From the NCBI GenBank assembly GCA_045561055.1, contig JBJKYL010000017.1:325604-389603 (forward strand): a DNA stretch of 64,000 nt. The letters are read 5' to 3'. Below, piece after piece: positions 55,063 to 64,000 of this stretch. Both the position numbers and the translations under genes were made by a program. The notes below the pieces were generated by a model, which was not told the origin of the DNA, searched no databases, and saw only the letters and a program-made list of their open reading frames with translations. The stretch is from Candidatus Rariloculaceae bacterium (lineage in GTDB: Bacteria; Pseudomonadota; Gammaproteobacteria; Steroidobacterales; Rariloculaceae). Position 1 is the stretch's first letter. Each line of letters opens with the position of its first letter.

Positions 55063-56907
55063 CTAATCAATCATATGATGTACGGGCGCCTTTTCCATAT
55101 CCCAGCTCTCCGAGTCCTTGTCATACTGGGATAAAGTGAAGCAATGCCAATCGGAATCGTCTAACTTTGGATGATCGCCGCGATAATAGTATCCAGGCCA
55201 CCGAGTTTCTGTCCGGAACATCGTGTGATGCGTTACGGATTCCGAAGCTAGCAAGCGATGCTGCAGTTCCCAGGCTCGCTGAAGCTGATGAAGATCCTCG
55301 GCCCCTATACAATTGAGGTCTTCCTTTAGCATCCCCAACAACTCTAGCCCACGGGTCAATAGCGGCTCGTTAGTGATATAGTTTGCCCCAATACCACCAA
55401 CGTATTCGTCCATAATCTTCTCAAGACGTTGGAGCCCCTGTATCGGAAGTAGGTAACTCGGAGAAACAGTGCCCCCCACTATCTCGTTACGACCAACTTC
55501 GTAATTTTCCATCGGTTGAAAAACTTTCTTCTTTAAGTCTTCGTACTCCGCCTCGCTCACCTCAGGCCGATCGTTACCTAAATCATTAACGTAGTTAACC
55601 GCTGCCTTAGCAGCAATCCGCCCTTCCGCAAATGATCCTGAAGAAAACTTGTGGGCCGCGCCCCCTATGGTATCACCGGCACCGAAAAGCCCGTCGACGG
55701 TCATCATCCGATTATATCCCCACTGATAGTCCGAGGGCGCCAAATCTTCCGGACCGCTAGCCCATGCGCCGGAGCACGTCGCATGGGAACCCATGACGTA
55801 GGGCTCGGAGGTCGTCAATTCGGGATTCGTATGTTTTGGATCAATATTCTGCGACGCCCACACTACCGCCTGTCCAATGGTCATGCCGAGGAAATTCTCC
55901 CAACCGACAGTTTCCTTATGCGGGTCCTGAAAAGCCTCCTTCGTCACCATTCGGATCGGGCCTCGACCAGCCTTCAGCTCCTCTAGCAGAGCGTGATTTC
56001 GAAGACAGGTTGGCACCGGTTGCCTATCAACGTAATCCCCCACCAATTCCCTAGTATGGTCATACCATTTAGACTCATATTCTTCACCGTACGCGTTTTC
56101 AGTATGTGTCTTGAGATGTAGGAAGTAGGCACCAACCGGACCATATCCATCCTTAAACCGAGTAAGGACAATACGATTTTCCATCTGTGTCATCTTGGCA
56201 CCAACGAGGATCGGTAATGCATATGCAGAAGCACTACTCCATGGGGCATACCATGTCCTCCCCATACCCTCACCAACCGCACGCGGTTTATAAATATGTG
56301 ATGCGCCACCGGCACACACGATAACGGCATTCGCACGGAAAACGAAGAAATCACCACTACGAACATTGAAACCAACGGCCCCAGCAACTCGATTAGGCTT
56401 GGTTTTGTCCATCAATAGGTGGGTCACCATGATGCGGTTATAAACTTTTGTTGCAGCTTTTCGCGCAGCCTCAGCAACGATCGGCTTGTAACTTTCACCA
56501 TGAATCATGATCTGCCATTTACCTTCTCGTTGATACTGTCCCGTTTCCGGGTCTCTCATCATCGGAAGGCCCCACTCCTCAAACTTATGCACTGAGGAGT
56601 CAACATGCCGGGCGATGTCATAACCAAGATCCTCACGCACAAGACCCATCAGATCATTTCTAGCGTAGCGGACATGGTCTTCAGGTTGGTTCTCGTTCCA
56701 CTGCATGCCCATGTAGGTATTAATCGCATACAGACCTTGGGCAACAGCACCGCTGCGCTCAATATTCGCCTTCTCGACACATACAATTTTAAGGTCACGC
56801 CCCCAATACCTAGATTCGTAAGTAGCACCGCAACCAGCCATACCTCCGCCGATAACGAGAATGTCTGAATCAACAAAAACAGTTTTTCTCCGAGAGAAAA
56901 GGCCCAT
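55063..56907 (-). CDS. aprA: Adenylylsulfate (APS) reductase alpha subunit
   Basis: 614 aa. FAD fold DILVIGGGMAGCGA and fumarate-reductase-like flavoprotein patterns. TAATG overlap with aprB and canonical aprB-aprA order. Confidence 0.85.
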   Translation of the reverse strand: MGLFSRRKTVFVDSDILVIGGGMAGCGATYESRYWGRDLKIVCVEKANIERSGAVAQGLYAINTYMGMQWNENQPEDHVRYARNDLMGLVREDLGYDIARHVDSSVHKFEEWGLPMMRDPETGQYQREGKWQIMIHGESYKPIVAEAARKAATKVYNRIMVTHLLMDKTKPNRVAGAVGFNVRSGDFFVFRANAVIVCAGGASHIYKPRAVGEGMGRTWYAPWSSASAYALPILVGAKMTQMENRIVLTRFKDGYGPVGAYFLHLKTHTENAYGEEYESKWYDHTRELVGDYVDRQPVPTCLRNHALLEELKAGRGPIRMVTKEAFQDPHKETVGWENFLGMTIGQAVVWASQNIDPKHTNPELTTSEPYVMGSHATCSGAWASGPEDLAPSDYQWGYNRMMTVDGLFGAGDTIGGAAHKFSSGSFAEGRIAAKAAVNYVNDLGNDRPEVSEAEYEDLKKKVFQPMENYEVGRNEIVGGTVSPSYLLPIQGLQRLEKIMDEYVGGIGANYITNEPLLTRGLELLGMLKEDLNCIGAEDLHQLQRAWELQHRLLASESVTHHTMFRTETRWPGYYYRGDHPKLDDSDWHCFTLSQYDKDSESWDMEKAPVHHMID

Positions 56908-57368
56908 TACGCCCCTCCCGACATATCGCGATGTGGTTTCAAGCTAGGCAACTTTTCGATGTTCAGCGCTTCTGGTTCATGAGCAAGCTCCTGATTCTTA
57001 AAATCATCATGGCTCGGCAATTCGTAATCCGCCGGTGATTTAATCGAACCCCATGGTGTAGTTCGGATTGGAGAAACAAAATTCTTTTCTCTACCATCCC
57101 GAAATTTAACGCTCCACGAAATAACCCCCTTTTTTTCCTCTCTTAGCACTCGAACACTGTGCCCTAGAGGGGCGAAATCGGCATAACCGCGTACGTCAAT
57201 TGCGTTCTGCGGGCAAGCCTTAACGCAGGAATAACACTCCCAGCAAAAATTGGGTTCAATGTTAACCGCACGACGATAGGTCGTATCAATGTGCATAATG
57301 TCCGATGGGCAGATATCGACACAATGTCCGCAACCATCGCAACTTGTCATGTAAACAAACGTCGGCAT
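56907..57368 (-). CDS. aprB: APS reductase beta subunit (two [4Fe-4S])
   Basis: 153 aa. MPTFVYMTSCDGCGHCVDICPSDIMHID and CWECYSCVKACP clusters, with the long C-terminal tail typical of AprB. Confidence 0.85.
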   Translation of the reverse strand: MPTFVYMTSCDGCGHCVDICPSDIMHIDTTYRRAVNIEPNFCWECYSCVKACPQNAIDVRGYADFAPLGHSVRVLREEKKGVISWSVKFRDGREKNFVSPIRTTPWGSIKSPADYELPSHDDFKNQELAHEPEALNIEKLPSLKPHRDMSGGA

Positions 57369-57433
57369 TACTTTTCCGCTCTCCTATTTTCGAAAAACAA
57401 TAACGGACTATCCCGCAAAAATGAATGAATCAA

Positions 57434-58219
57434 TTAATAATTACTAGAGCCCTCGCGAACACTGCCAAGCGTTTCTGGCTTGTCCGCAGACAGTGGCATG
57501 TTGTTCCTAGAGCCATTCGCTTCCTCTACTCGTCTTTGAAAGGAAGCTGCGGGCTTAAAGAACATATGGGCAAATTTAGACCATGGCACAGTTCCAAAAA
57601 GTATCGTTGTCGCTATCACGTACAACCCAAAAACCACATTTACCCACGAGTTATTTAAGACTTGGAAATACGCCCAAACTAAAGCTAGTGTTCCGCTTCC
57701 AACAAGCGCGAGAATAAACAGATCCGCTCGTACAACCCGGAATGGCGAATTTCCCTCAGCAGTAACGTCGACCCGAATAAAAAACCAAAACCAATAGCCA
57801 CCGAAACAAACCATCAAGGCTCCGATATGCCAGAGAAACGGGAGGATCGCGGGCGCAAGAGTAGCGGGCGTCGGATACCAAAACACCATAGCAACAGTTG
57901 TAGCGGCATATGCCAAAAAACCGTACATAGTTATGAGGTGGGCAATTCTGCGACGCGTGTTACAGAATTCACCAGACATCAGCGCCTCAACCACAACCGT
58001 TTTAACAGCCAGAGCAGCCATATCACCAGGACTAACCGACTGGGTACCCTTATTCTTCACATCGCGCCAATTTCTAAAAAAATATTGCGCACTCTTTTTA
58101 TGTAGTACGTCGTACACCGTTCCAGCCATAACCAGAATTATCATAACGATGATGTAACCCTGCATGACAAAAGGCGATAAGAACGCCGAAAGCTCTGCGA
58201 ACGGATTGGTAGTAAACAT
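57434..58219 (-). CDS. aprM: Putative APS reductase membrane anchor AprM
   Basis: 261 aa with about 5 TM helices, directly upstream of aprBA as in Allochromatium-type sat-aprMBA loci. Called from position and topology rather than recalled motifs. Confidence 0.6.
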   Translation of the reverse strand: MFTTNPFAELSAFLSPFVMQGYIIVMIILVMAGTVYDVLHKKSAQYFFRNWRDVKNKGTQSVSPGDMAALAVKTVVVEALMSGEFCNTRRRIAHLITMYGFLAYAATTVAMVFWYPTPATLAPAILPFLWHIGALMVCFGGYWFWFFIRVDVTAEGNSPFRVVRADLFILALVGSGTLALVWAYFQVLNNSWVNVVFGLYVIATTILFGTVPWSKFAHMFFKPAASFQRRVEEANGSRNNMPLSADKPETLGSVREGSSNY

Positions 58220-58400
58220 TAATAGAGGATTCCGATGCTAAGCAGTGATTGCCGCAGCGTAATTAATAACTTCATTCGACCTACTAAATGTCGCTAAGTA
58301 ATTAAACCGATGACCTATAATAAAAAACTATTATATGTAAATTACACGCTAGAATAAAGAGGTTCTAGTGACCTATACAGCTAAGAAAGAACTGTGTTGG

Positions 58401-59570
58401 TCAGCAACTGTCGTAAAACCGCTGTAGTACCGCGATTACTTCACTGCGACTGAACTCGGGCGGAATTGGTTCGTGTTTCGCGAGCATTTCACGCAGCCGC
58501 GTACCCGAAATCGTCAATCGGTGCTCCATCGCGTGCGGACAGGATTTACCTGTCGCCATACCATTGCATTGGTAGCAGAAAAAGGTAATGTCGATCTTAA
58601 GCGGCTGAATCTTAAGGCTATCAACCGATAGACTGTCAAAAATATCGTGAGCATCAAACGGCGCATAATAATCACCGATACCTGCATGGTCACGGCCCAC
58701 TATCAGGTGTGAGCAGCCGAAATTCTGGCGAAACACCGCGTGTAACAACGCCTCACGCGGTCCCGCGTAACGCATCTCAATTGGATAACCGGCTTGTAGA
58801 ACAGTACCTGGCACGAAATAATTTCGAACCAACGCATCGATAGCCTCAATCCGAGCCTCCGCCGGTAAATCACCTGGCTTAAGAGCGCCTAGCACTTGGT
58901 GAATCAGTAATCCGTCACAGATTTCTATAGCTATCTTTGCCAAATACTCATGGCTCCGATGCATTGGATTACGAGTCTGAAAGGCGGCAACCTTTGTCCA
59001 ACCATTTTCTAGAAAAAGAGCCCGCGTTTCCGTTGGACGCAAGTATAGACCGGGGAAGCTATCAGGAAAATGTCCCTCGGACAGGGTACATACCCGCCCG
59101 CCGAGATTAACTGGTCCCTGCCCTAATACCTTCGCGACGCCAGGATGCGCAACATCAGCAGTACCGTATACCTGCAAACATTCAAACTCACGATCAATAC
59201 AGTATTTATCCTCGATAGTAAGGACACCGATCAGATCACCGGTATCCCCGTCAACCAGCGCCACATCCTGACCAACACTTATACTATTAGCGAGCTTTTC
59301 AGTACAAGATAGCGTAATCGGAATGGGCCAGAAAAGCCCATCGGCTAATATCATATGTTCGCAGCAACCGCGCCAGTCTTCTTCGCTCATAAAACCCTTA
59401 AGCGGCGTGTAGGCGCCCATACCGAGCATGAAAAGATCAGAAACTTCGCGACTTGTTAAAGGAACCTGTTTGAGTTTATTTGCACGGACTCTTTCTTTTG
59501 TTCTCTCAGGATCAGATAAAAGAAGGGGCTTGAGGGAGTCCGCACCGTGCGGCAAAATAAGACTCGACAT
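58401..59570 (-). CDS. sat: Sulfate adenylyltransferase (ATP sulfurylase, homo-oligomeric Sat type)
   Basis: 389 aa with [13 protein letters not shown] (HxxH), VGRDHAG and a PUA-like N-domain. Confidence 0.87.
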   Translation of the reverse strand: MSSLILPHGADSLKPLLLSDPERTKERVRANKLKQVPLTSREVSDLFMLGMGAYTPLKGFMSEEDWRGCCEHMILADGLFWPIPITLSCTEKLANSISVGQDVALVDGDTGDLIGVLTIEDKYCIDREFECLQVYGTADVAHPGVAKVLGQGPVNLGGRVCTLSEGHFPDSFPGLYLRPTETRALFLENGWTKVAAFQTRNPMHRSHEYLAKIAIEICDGLLIHQVLGALKPGDLPAEARIEAIDALVRNYFVPGTVLQAGYPIEMRYAGPREALLHAVFRQNFGCSHLIVGRDHAGIGDYYAPFDAHDIFDSLSVDSLKIQPLKIDITFFCYQCNGMATGKSCPHAMEHRLTISGTRLREMLAKHEPIPPEFSRSEVIAVLQRFYDSC

Positions 59571-59680
59571 GAAAACAACCTCCTCTTTTAGAATTTTAGC
59601 AGGTGCATTTACGAATTCCTGAGAAAAAAATATTAATCCTTGTTACAGTCGCTCTTCTAGCGATTTAGTTGTAGTCAATC

Positions 59681-59869
59681 ATGCCAGAACCCGAGGCTCC
59701 TGAGAAAAAACAAATCTCTCGCCCCGAGGACATAGCGGAAAAAACACTTTCCTCCGAAAAGCGCGAAGATATCTGGGCTCTTATTGTCACGATGGTCGTC
59801 CTAGTCCTATGCGTCGCCTTTCCAGACCAGATTCATTATTTCTTCCGAGACACATTGTACTTGTTCTGA
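59681..59869 (+). CDS. Small single-TM hypothetical protein
   Basis: 62 aa. Charged N-terminus, one TM (IWALIVTMVVLVLCVAF). Ends 21 nt before the exporter gene. Weak support. Confidence 0.3.
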   Translation: MPEPEAPEKKQISRPEDIAEKTLSSEKREDIWALIVTMVVLVLCVAFPDQIHYFFRDTLYLF

Positions 59870-59890
59870 TTACAGGCACCCGAGGATCGA

Positions 59891-61018
59891 ATGCAGCATC
59901 TAAAAAATCTCTTCGTTCCTGAATGGAGCAGATACATTCCAGGTTTTCTTTTCTGCACGTTATTTGCTCTCATAGCAATGAATCTCGATAGGCTCGTGAG
60001 CCAGTATCACGCGGATGGGATCGGTTGGGCTACGTTTCTTTATGAAGAAGCGCAATTTAACTATGTGGTAATTTTATTATTAGGCGGCATTCTCATTCGT
60101 AACACAATATCGCTGCCAAAATTACTCCTTCCTGGCATTAGCGCTGCCCGACCAATCATTAAGCCTGGAATAATTATTCTGGGCGTGCACTATGTCTGGG
60201 CAGATGTTATACGTGTCGGAGGCTTGGGATTAGCCCTGACCGCGGTATTCATCTTTGGTACCGCAATTCTAGTAATGTGGTGGTGCAAAAAAGCAGGCGT
60301 ATCCGATGGTCTTGGAGGAATAATGGGCGCGGGTACTGGCGTATGCGGTGTTTCCGCTATCATTGCCACGTCACCAGTAGTAAAAGCAAACCCACTAGAA
60401 ATCGCCTACGCCATCGGGACAATTCTGTTCTTTGGTACTTTAATGCTGTTCATTATGCCCTACATCGGCCAAAGCATTGATTTACCAGGGTCACAGTTTG
60501 GTGCTTGGTCAGCAATTGCAATTCTCAATACTGCACAGCTGGTAGCGGCAGCCGAATGGTACGGCACAGAAGCCCTCGATACCGCGATATTGATTAACGT
60601 TGCGCGCATCATGTTTCTACCGCTAGTAGTGTTGTTTGCGGTTTGGTTCTACATTCTTCGTGTAGGAAAACAGGGGCCAGGGCGTGAAATTAATAAATGG
60701 CAATTGGTGAAAGATAAGTTTCCACTCTTCATTCTTGGCTTTTTTGCTCTAGTATTACTAAACAGCCTAAGTCTCGAATCACTTGGTAACCCAAGGATCA
60801 TCGGGTCGCCTTTCTGGGCCATGAATTCGGTCTACACATGGTGTTTCGCTATCGGTTTCGCTGGCATCGGCCTATCCATTTCTATTGAAGACATGAAAAA
60901 GGCTGGCGGTATGGCCTTTTCTATTGGCATGGTGACCTCCCTGGTGAAGATGGCATTAGGCTTGTTGGTTGTATTGCTAATCGGCGCTCAGTTACTACAG
61001 GTTACCGGAGGAGCTTAA
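59891..61018 (+). CDS. YeiH/UPF0324-family putative sulfate exporter
   Basis: 375-aa polytopic membrane protein. GAGTGVCGVSAIIATSPVVKA resembles the conserved ...SICGxSAI... segment of the family. Confidence 0.65.
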   Translation: MQHLKNLFVPEWSRYIPGFLFCTLFALIAMNLDRLVSQYHADGIGWATFLYEEAQFNYVVILLLGGILIRNTISLPKLLLPGISAARPIIKPGIIILGVHYVWADVIRVGGLGLALTAVFIFGTAILVMWWCKKAGVSDGLGGIMGAGTGVCGVSAIIATSPVVKANPLEIAYAIGTILFFGTLMLFIMPYIGQSIDLPGSQFGAWSAIAILNTAQLVAAAEWYGTEALDTAILINVARIMFLPLVVLFAVWFYILRVGKQGPGREINKWQLVKDKFPLFILGFFALVLLNSLSLESLGNPRIIGSPFWAMNSVYTWCFAIGFAGIGLSISIEDMKKAGGMAFSIGMVTSLVKMALGLLVVLLIGAQLLQVTGGA

Positions 61019-61021
61019 TTA

Positions 61022-61516
61022 TTGCCGTTGACAATCCTGGTCTGTATCGATGGAGAACCGCATAGCAATGTAGCCATTCAATGGGCAGTTCGATTGGGTC
61101 TCTCTTTACCAGCTGAAGTAACCGCTCTGCATGTGATTGATCCCTACCTGAAGAAATTTCACAACGAACTTTACTCTCAGGGCCGCAAGCAATACCTAGA
61201 GTATCTAGACGAGTGTTTACAAGACCTAGCAGACTTGGCATGCAATAGTTTTTTAAAAGTGTGCCAAACGCAAGGATTGGATGCTAAATTAAAAGTCCGC
61301 TATGGAGAACCATTGCAAGAGATCGTGGAAGAAGTGCGCCAAACAAGTCCATATTTGCTCATCACTGGTGGCAAACAGTTGGATGCCTGGGGTAGGTTCC
61401 TATCTAGGGACCTACCGTCTCAGTTAAACAAGGGAGCAAACATCCCTATTTCAATACTGACGGCCAGAGAGAAGATCGACGATCTAAGCGCAAGAACTAA
61501 ACTCCGTCGCATTTAA
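61022..61516 (+). CDS. Universal stress protein (UspA family)
   Basis: 164 aa (TTG start) with ILVCIDGEPHSNVAIQWAV..., LHVIDP and LLITGGKQ patterns. Confidence 0.7.
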   Translation: MPLTILVCIDGEPHSNVAIQWAVRLGLSLPAEVTALHVIDPYLKKFHNELYSQGRKQYLEYLDECLQDLADLACNSFLKVCQTQGLDAKLKVRYGEPLQEIVEEVRQTSPYLLITGGKQLDAWGRFLSRDLPSQLNKGANIPISILTAREKIDDLSARTKLRRI

Positions 61517-61685
61517 GGGACATTGTTAGCCGACCAACAAAACAAAGCGTAAACTAGAATTCGATGAAATAAGATCTCGGGTCATGATAAGTAGAATTCT
61601 CCAACCGAACGGCACCGAGTCAGACTCGTTAGAACTAACTTGTTAAAACCGAGCTAGAAACTGTAATTGGTAGGGGAAGAAGAAA

Positions 61686-62750
61686 ATGAAAAGAAATCTT
61701 CAGCTAACTTTAGGCCTTTCACTACTTATTATCTCGATAACCGGCCAGGCTCATCATTCCCGAGCCAGTTTTTTCGATATGAGCCAAACCGTTGAGCTCG
61801 AAGGAGTAATAACACGGGTTCAATGGCGCCACCCTCACGTACGTTATTGGATCCAAGCCGACATAGAATATGGCGGCGAAGAATGGGAGATGGAAACTAC
61901 GCCGCCGAGCATTCTAGAACGTATGGGTATAAGCCCTGATATTTTGGTCGCCGGGACACGCGTTCGTGTCGCAGGACCGCCCTCCAAGCTGGTTGCAAAC
62001 GCGATGGAAGTGAGCCACGTACTGCTACCTGATGGCCGGGAAGTATTGCTCCATACTGGGCGGCGGCCACTATGGACGGAGAACGCTGTAGAACGAAACC
62101 TCCAGGGATTCGAAGAGGAGGCTGTCCGCGCTGCGGAGGCATCGGCTGACGGTATCTTTAGAGTGTGGAGCCGGGGCCGTGACGATAATAGACCTCAATT
62201 TTGGCTCGACAGTTATCCGCTAACGGAGGAGGCTAGCGCGGTAGTCGAAATCTGGGATCCTGTCACGGGAATTAATACCGGCTGCGCGGGCAAGGATATG
62301 CCCTGGCTAATGAGCAGCTCCTGGCCGTTTGAGTTCGTGAACGACGGGGAGTCGATCCGTTTGTTAGCAGAAGAATTCGATCGAGTTCGAATCATCCATC
62401 TAAGTGCGCGGTCAAGGAGTCCTTTACATTCGCCACTAGGCTATTCCGTTGGTCATTGGGAAAATGGCAGCCTGATCGTGACCACGACTCACATTAGCTC
62501 GATGAGCTTTAATGGCCGAGAGATTCCTATGAGCCGCGAGGCAAAGATACGCGAAAGATTTTCCCTGAGCGTAGATAAAAATCAGCTTAATTACGAGATG
62601 ATAGTTACTGATCCCGCAACGTTTACGGAACCTGTAACAATGAATTCACACTGGATCTGGCGACCTGGCGAAACGGTTAATCTATATAACTGTATCGAGA
62701 CACCTGGGTCCTGGACCAACGTTGAAAACAAGACACTACTCGAGAATTAA
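61686..62750 (+). CDS. Long-form secreted His-His/NPH-motif protein (paralogue L-B)
   Basis: 354 aa. The signal ends TGQA|HHSR, then EGVITRVQWRHPH. C-domain GYSVGHWENGSLIVTTTH, ERFSLSVDKNQLNYEMIVTDP and two conserved Cys. Confidence 0.8.
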   Translation: MKRNLQLTLGLSLLIISITGQAHHSRASFFDMSQTVELEGVITRVQWRHPHVRYWIQADIEYGGEEWEMETTPPSILERMGISPDILVAGTRVRVAGPPSKLVANAMEVSHVLLPDGREVLLHTGRRPLWTENAVERNLQGFEEEAVRAAEASADGIFRVWSRGRDDNRPQFWLDSYPLTEEASAVVEIWDPVTGINTGCAGKDMPWLMSSSWPFEFVNDGESIRLLAEEFDRVRIIHLSARSRSPLHSPLGYSVGHWENGSLIVTTTHISSMSFNGREIPMSREAKIRERFSLSVDKNQLNYEMIVTDPATFTEPVTMNSHWIWRPGETVNLYNCIETPGSWTNVENKTLLEN

Positions 62751-62964
62751 AACTACAGCTAACGCTTTATCTTTTGACCTTAACAGAACAGGCCAGAAGC
62801 TAGCGTGAGAACTGATAACAAACCGGCTAATAATAGAAACACAATGGGGATCAGCTCCTACATTTGCCACTGAACAAATCAATACGAGTTTGCGGCTAGT
62901 CTGGCGGCTGTAGGCGAGCTTCTAAACTCCAAGGATAAGCAACTATCGCCTGTGGAACCATTCA

Positions 62965-64000
62965 TCAACCGGAACTTAAGTAAGGCAGGCGACAGTCAAC
63001 CTCAACAAAGTCGTAAACATCGGCTGTGTAGTATTTTATTGAGCCAAGTTCCCAAGATCTCGTCAGGTTACCTGGGTCTGTGACGATCATGCGCATTTCG
63101 ATAGCCGGCCCTACCGCTGAATTATCGAGTCGACGGTAGATCTCTACCGTCGTAGCCTGGTCGCTAAGGGCATTACCACGCGGACCCGTTAGATTGGCAA
63201 GCAACTGATTGCTCTCAATGACTAGTGTATCGCCTTCGTAGCGAGCAATATGGTACCCGAAAAGTGTATTCTCACTAGTCTCAGGATCACGTTCATCGAG
63301 ATAAATAACACGCCGAGCAGCGAACTCTTCATACTCAAAGACGAGCCGATCGTCGTGCTGCGTAATTCGTAGCGGGCGTATCGTTGTAGCCTGACGAACG
63401 AGTCCAGCATCTGCGCATTCCGTGAACGCCGGATCATCTTCGAAAGGATCGAATGTATTTTGTGCAGCAGCAGCCTGTACGTTAAATGGAGGATTGTCTC
63501 GACCTAGCCCGTCCCGAGATCCGAGCCACATACCGTTTAGGTTTGGACGCCCATCATTGTGTCGTAGGTTGAGTGTGGGGATGGTCGTCGACGGAGTCAT
63601 CTCACGTGATGGCCGAGAAATATCGCTCGTACTACTGACCGTTCGCAAGACAACTCTATCAGTCGGGCTAATCTCGACAATTTTGCCGCCGTGAATATCC
63701 GCCTCTTCCATCAGAATCATCGGCCCACCATCACGGCTTTTTCGCCCAAAAATACGCAAAAATTGGCCCGGCCGAACCGTATCTGGCGTCCAACCCCATC
63801 TACGGAAAGGCGTTGGACCTGGACCAGTCGCCATCCACTCCGTCTCAACGCCCTTTTCATCAGTAACCGTTAAGATGATATTCAAGTGAGGGTTTTTGAA
63901 ATTGAATTCCGTTACAAGGCCTTCGATCTCTATATCGTCAGCGGAGAACACAGCCGATGATCTGTGATGCGCCTGAGCTACATTCGATACAGGCATGCCA
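62965..64000 (-). CDS. Long-form secreted His-His/NPH-motif protein (paralogue L-C); N-terminal signal peptide runs off the window
   Basis: The frame is open to position 64000. ...VAQA|HHRSS, EGLVTEFNFKNPH; C-domain FGYHIARYEGDTLVIESNQ, ...IEMRMIVTDP and two Cys at equivalent positions. Confidence 0.75.
   Translation of the reverse strand, partial: GMPVSNVAQAHHRSSAVFSADDIEIEGLVTEFNFKNPHLNIILTVTDEKGVETEWMATGPGPTPFRRWGWTPDTVRPGQFLRIFGRKSRDGGPMILMEEADIHGGKIVEISPTDRVVLRTVSSTSDISRPSREMTPSTTIPTLNLRHNDGRPNLNGMWLGSRDGLGRDNPPFNVQAAAAQNTFDPFEDDPAFTECADAGLVRQATTIRPLRITQHDDRLVFEYEEFAARRVIYLDERDPETSENTLFGYHIARYEGDTLVIESNQLLANLTGPRGNALSDQATTVEIYRRLDNSAVGPAIEMRMIVTDPGNLTRSWELGSIKYYTADVYDFVEVDCRLPYLSSG

Noticed and set aside
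54750-55066. Overlapping small ORFs 54750..54995 (-) and 54839..55066 (+)
   Set aside because: The + frame at 54768..55016 has a recognisable GATase N-terminal pattern. The other two are off-frame or antisense with no features.

Overview
This 64-kb window looks like chromosomal DNA from a Gram-negative bacterium, probably a marine-type heterotrophic gammaproteobacterium. That placement is an inference from three things: uvrC-pgsA-tRNA-Gly synteny, an E. coli-type purB, and a system I ccm operon alongside many TonB/TRAP/TTT uptake genes. All homology calls come from reading the translations and recalling family motifs; nothing was searched.

I support about 60 protein genes and 3 tRNAs. I found no rRNA, CRISPR array, transposase or integrase. 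I also recognised no transcription factor anywhere in the window.

Housekeeping blocks:
- ccmABCDEF (1-4309)
- uvrC-pgsA-tRNA-Gly, a UDG-superfamily gene and a class II DAHP synthase (23.3-28 kb)
- an NfeD/stomatin pair
- rraA-mazG-nudix-fumC-purB (44.4-49.2 kb)

Accessory, mostly periplasmic modules interleaved with them:
1. A paralogous family of five secreted proteins whose predicted mature N-terminus is His-His, followed at fixed spacing by a [FW]x[NH]PH motif. There are two short forms (124-125 aa) and three long forms (340-354 aa). Members sit next to an amidohydrolase-family gene at two separate loci, and they flank a sulfite-oxidation block.
2. An operon encoding a Tat-exported thiamine-diphosphate enzyme, a monoheme cytochrome c and an IorAB-type molybdenum dehydrogenase. 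It abuts the C-terminal relic of a TonB-dependent receptor.
3. A UbiD decarboxylase, a CoxL-like Mo subunit and a signal-less NMT1-like protein in one operon, divergent from a TTT transporter whose TctA carries a TctB-like C-terminal extension.
4. sat-aprMBA next to a YeiH-type putative sulfate exporter.

The glyW-cysT-leuZ-type tRNA trio is split by 13.9 kb of accessory genes.

Two genes (purB and the CoxL-like gene) carry single-site frameshifts. One small ORF has an in-frame TAG. Three gene relics are visible: a TBDR C-terminus, a glutamine amidotransferase N-terminus, and a 35-codon fragment of the long His-His family. This means either a mosaic, decaying accessory landscape or sequence errors, and the raw reads should be checked.

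My best candidates for something undescribed are the His-His/NPH family with its amidohydrolase partners, and the periplasmic TPP / cytochrome c / Mo-dehydrogenase operon.
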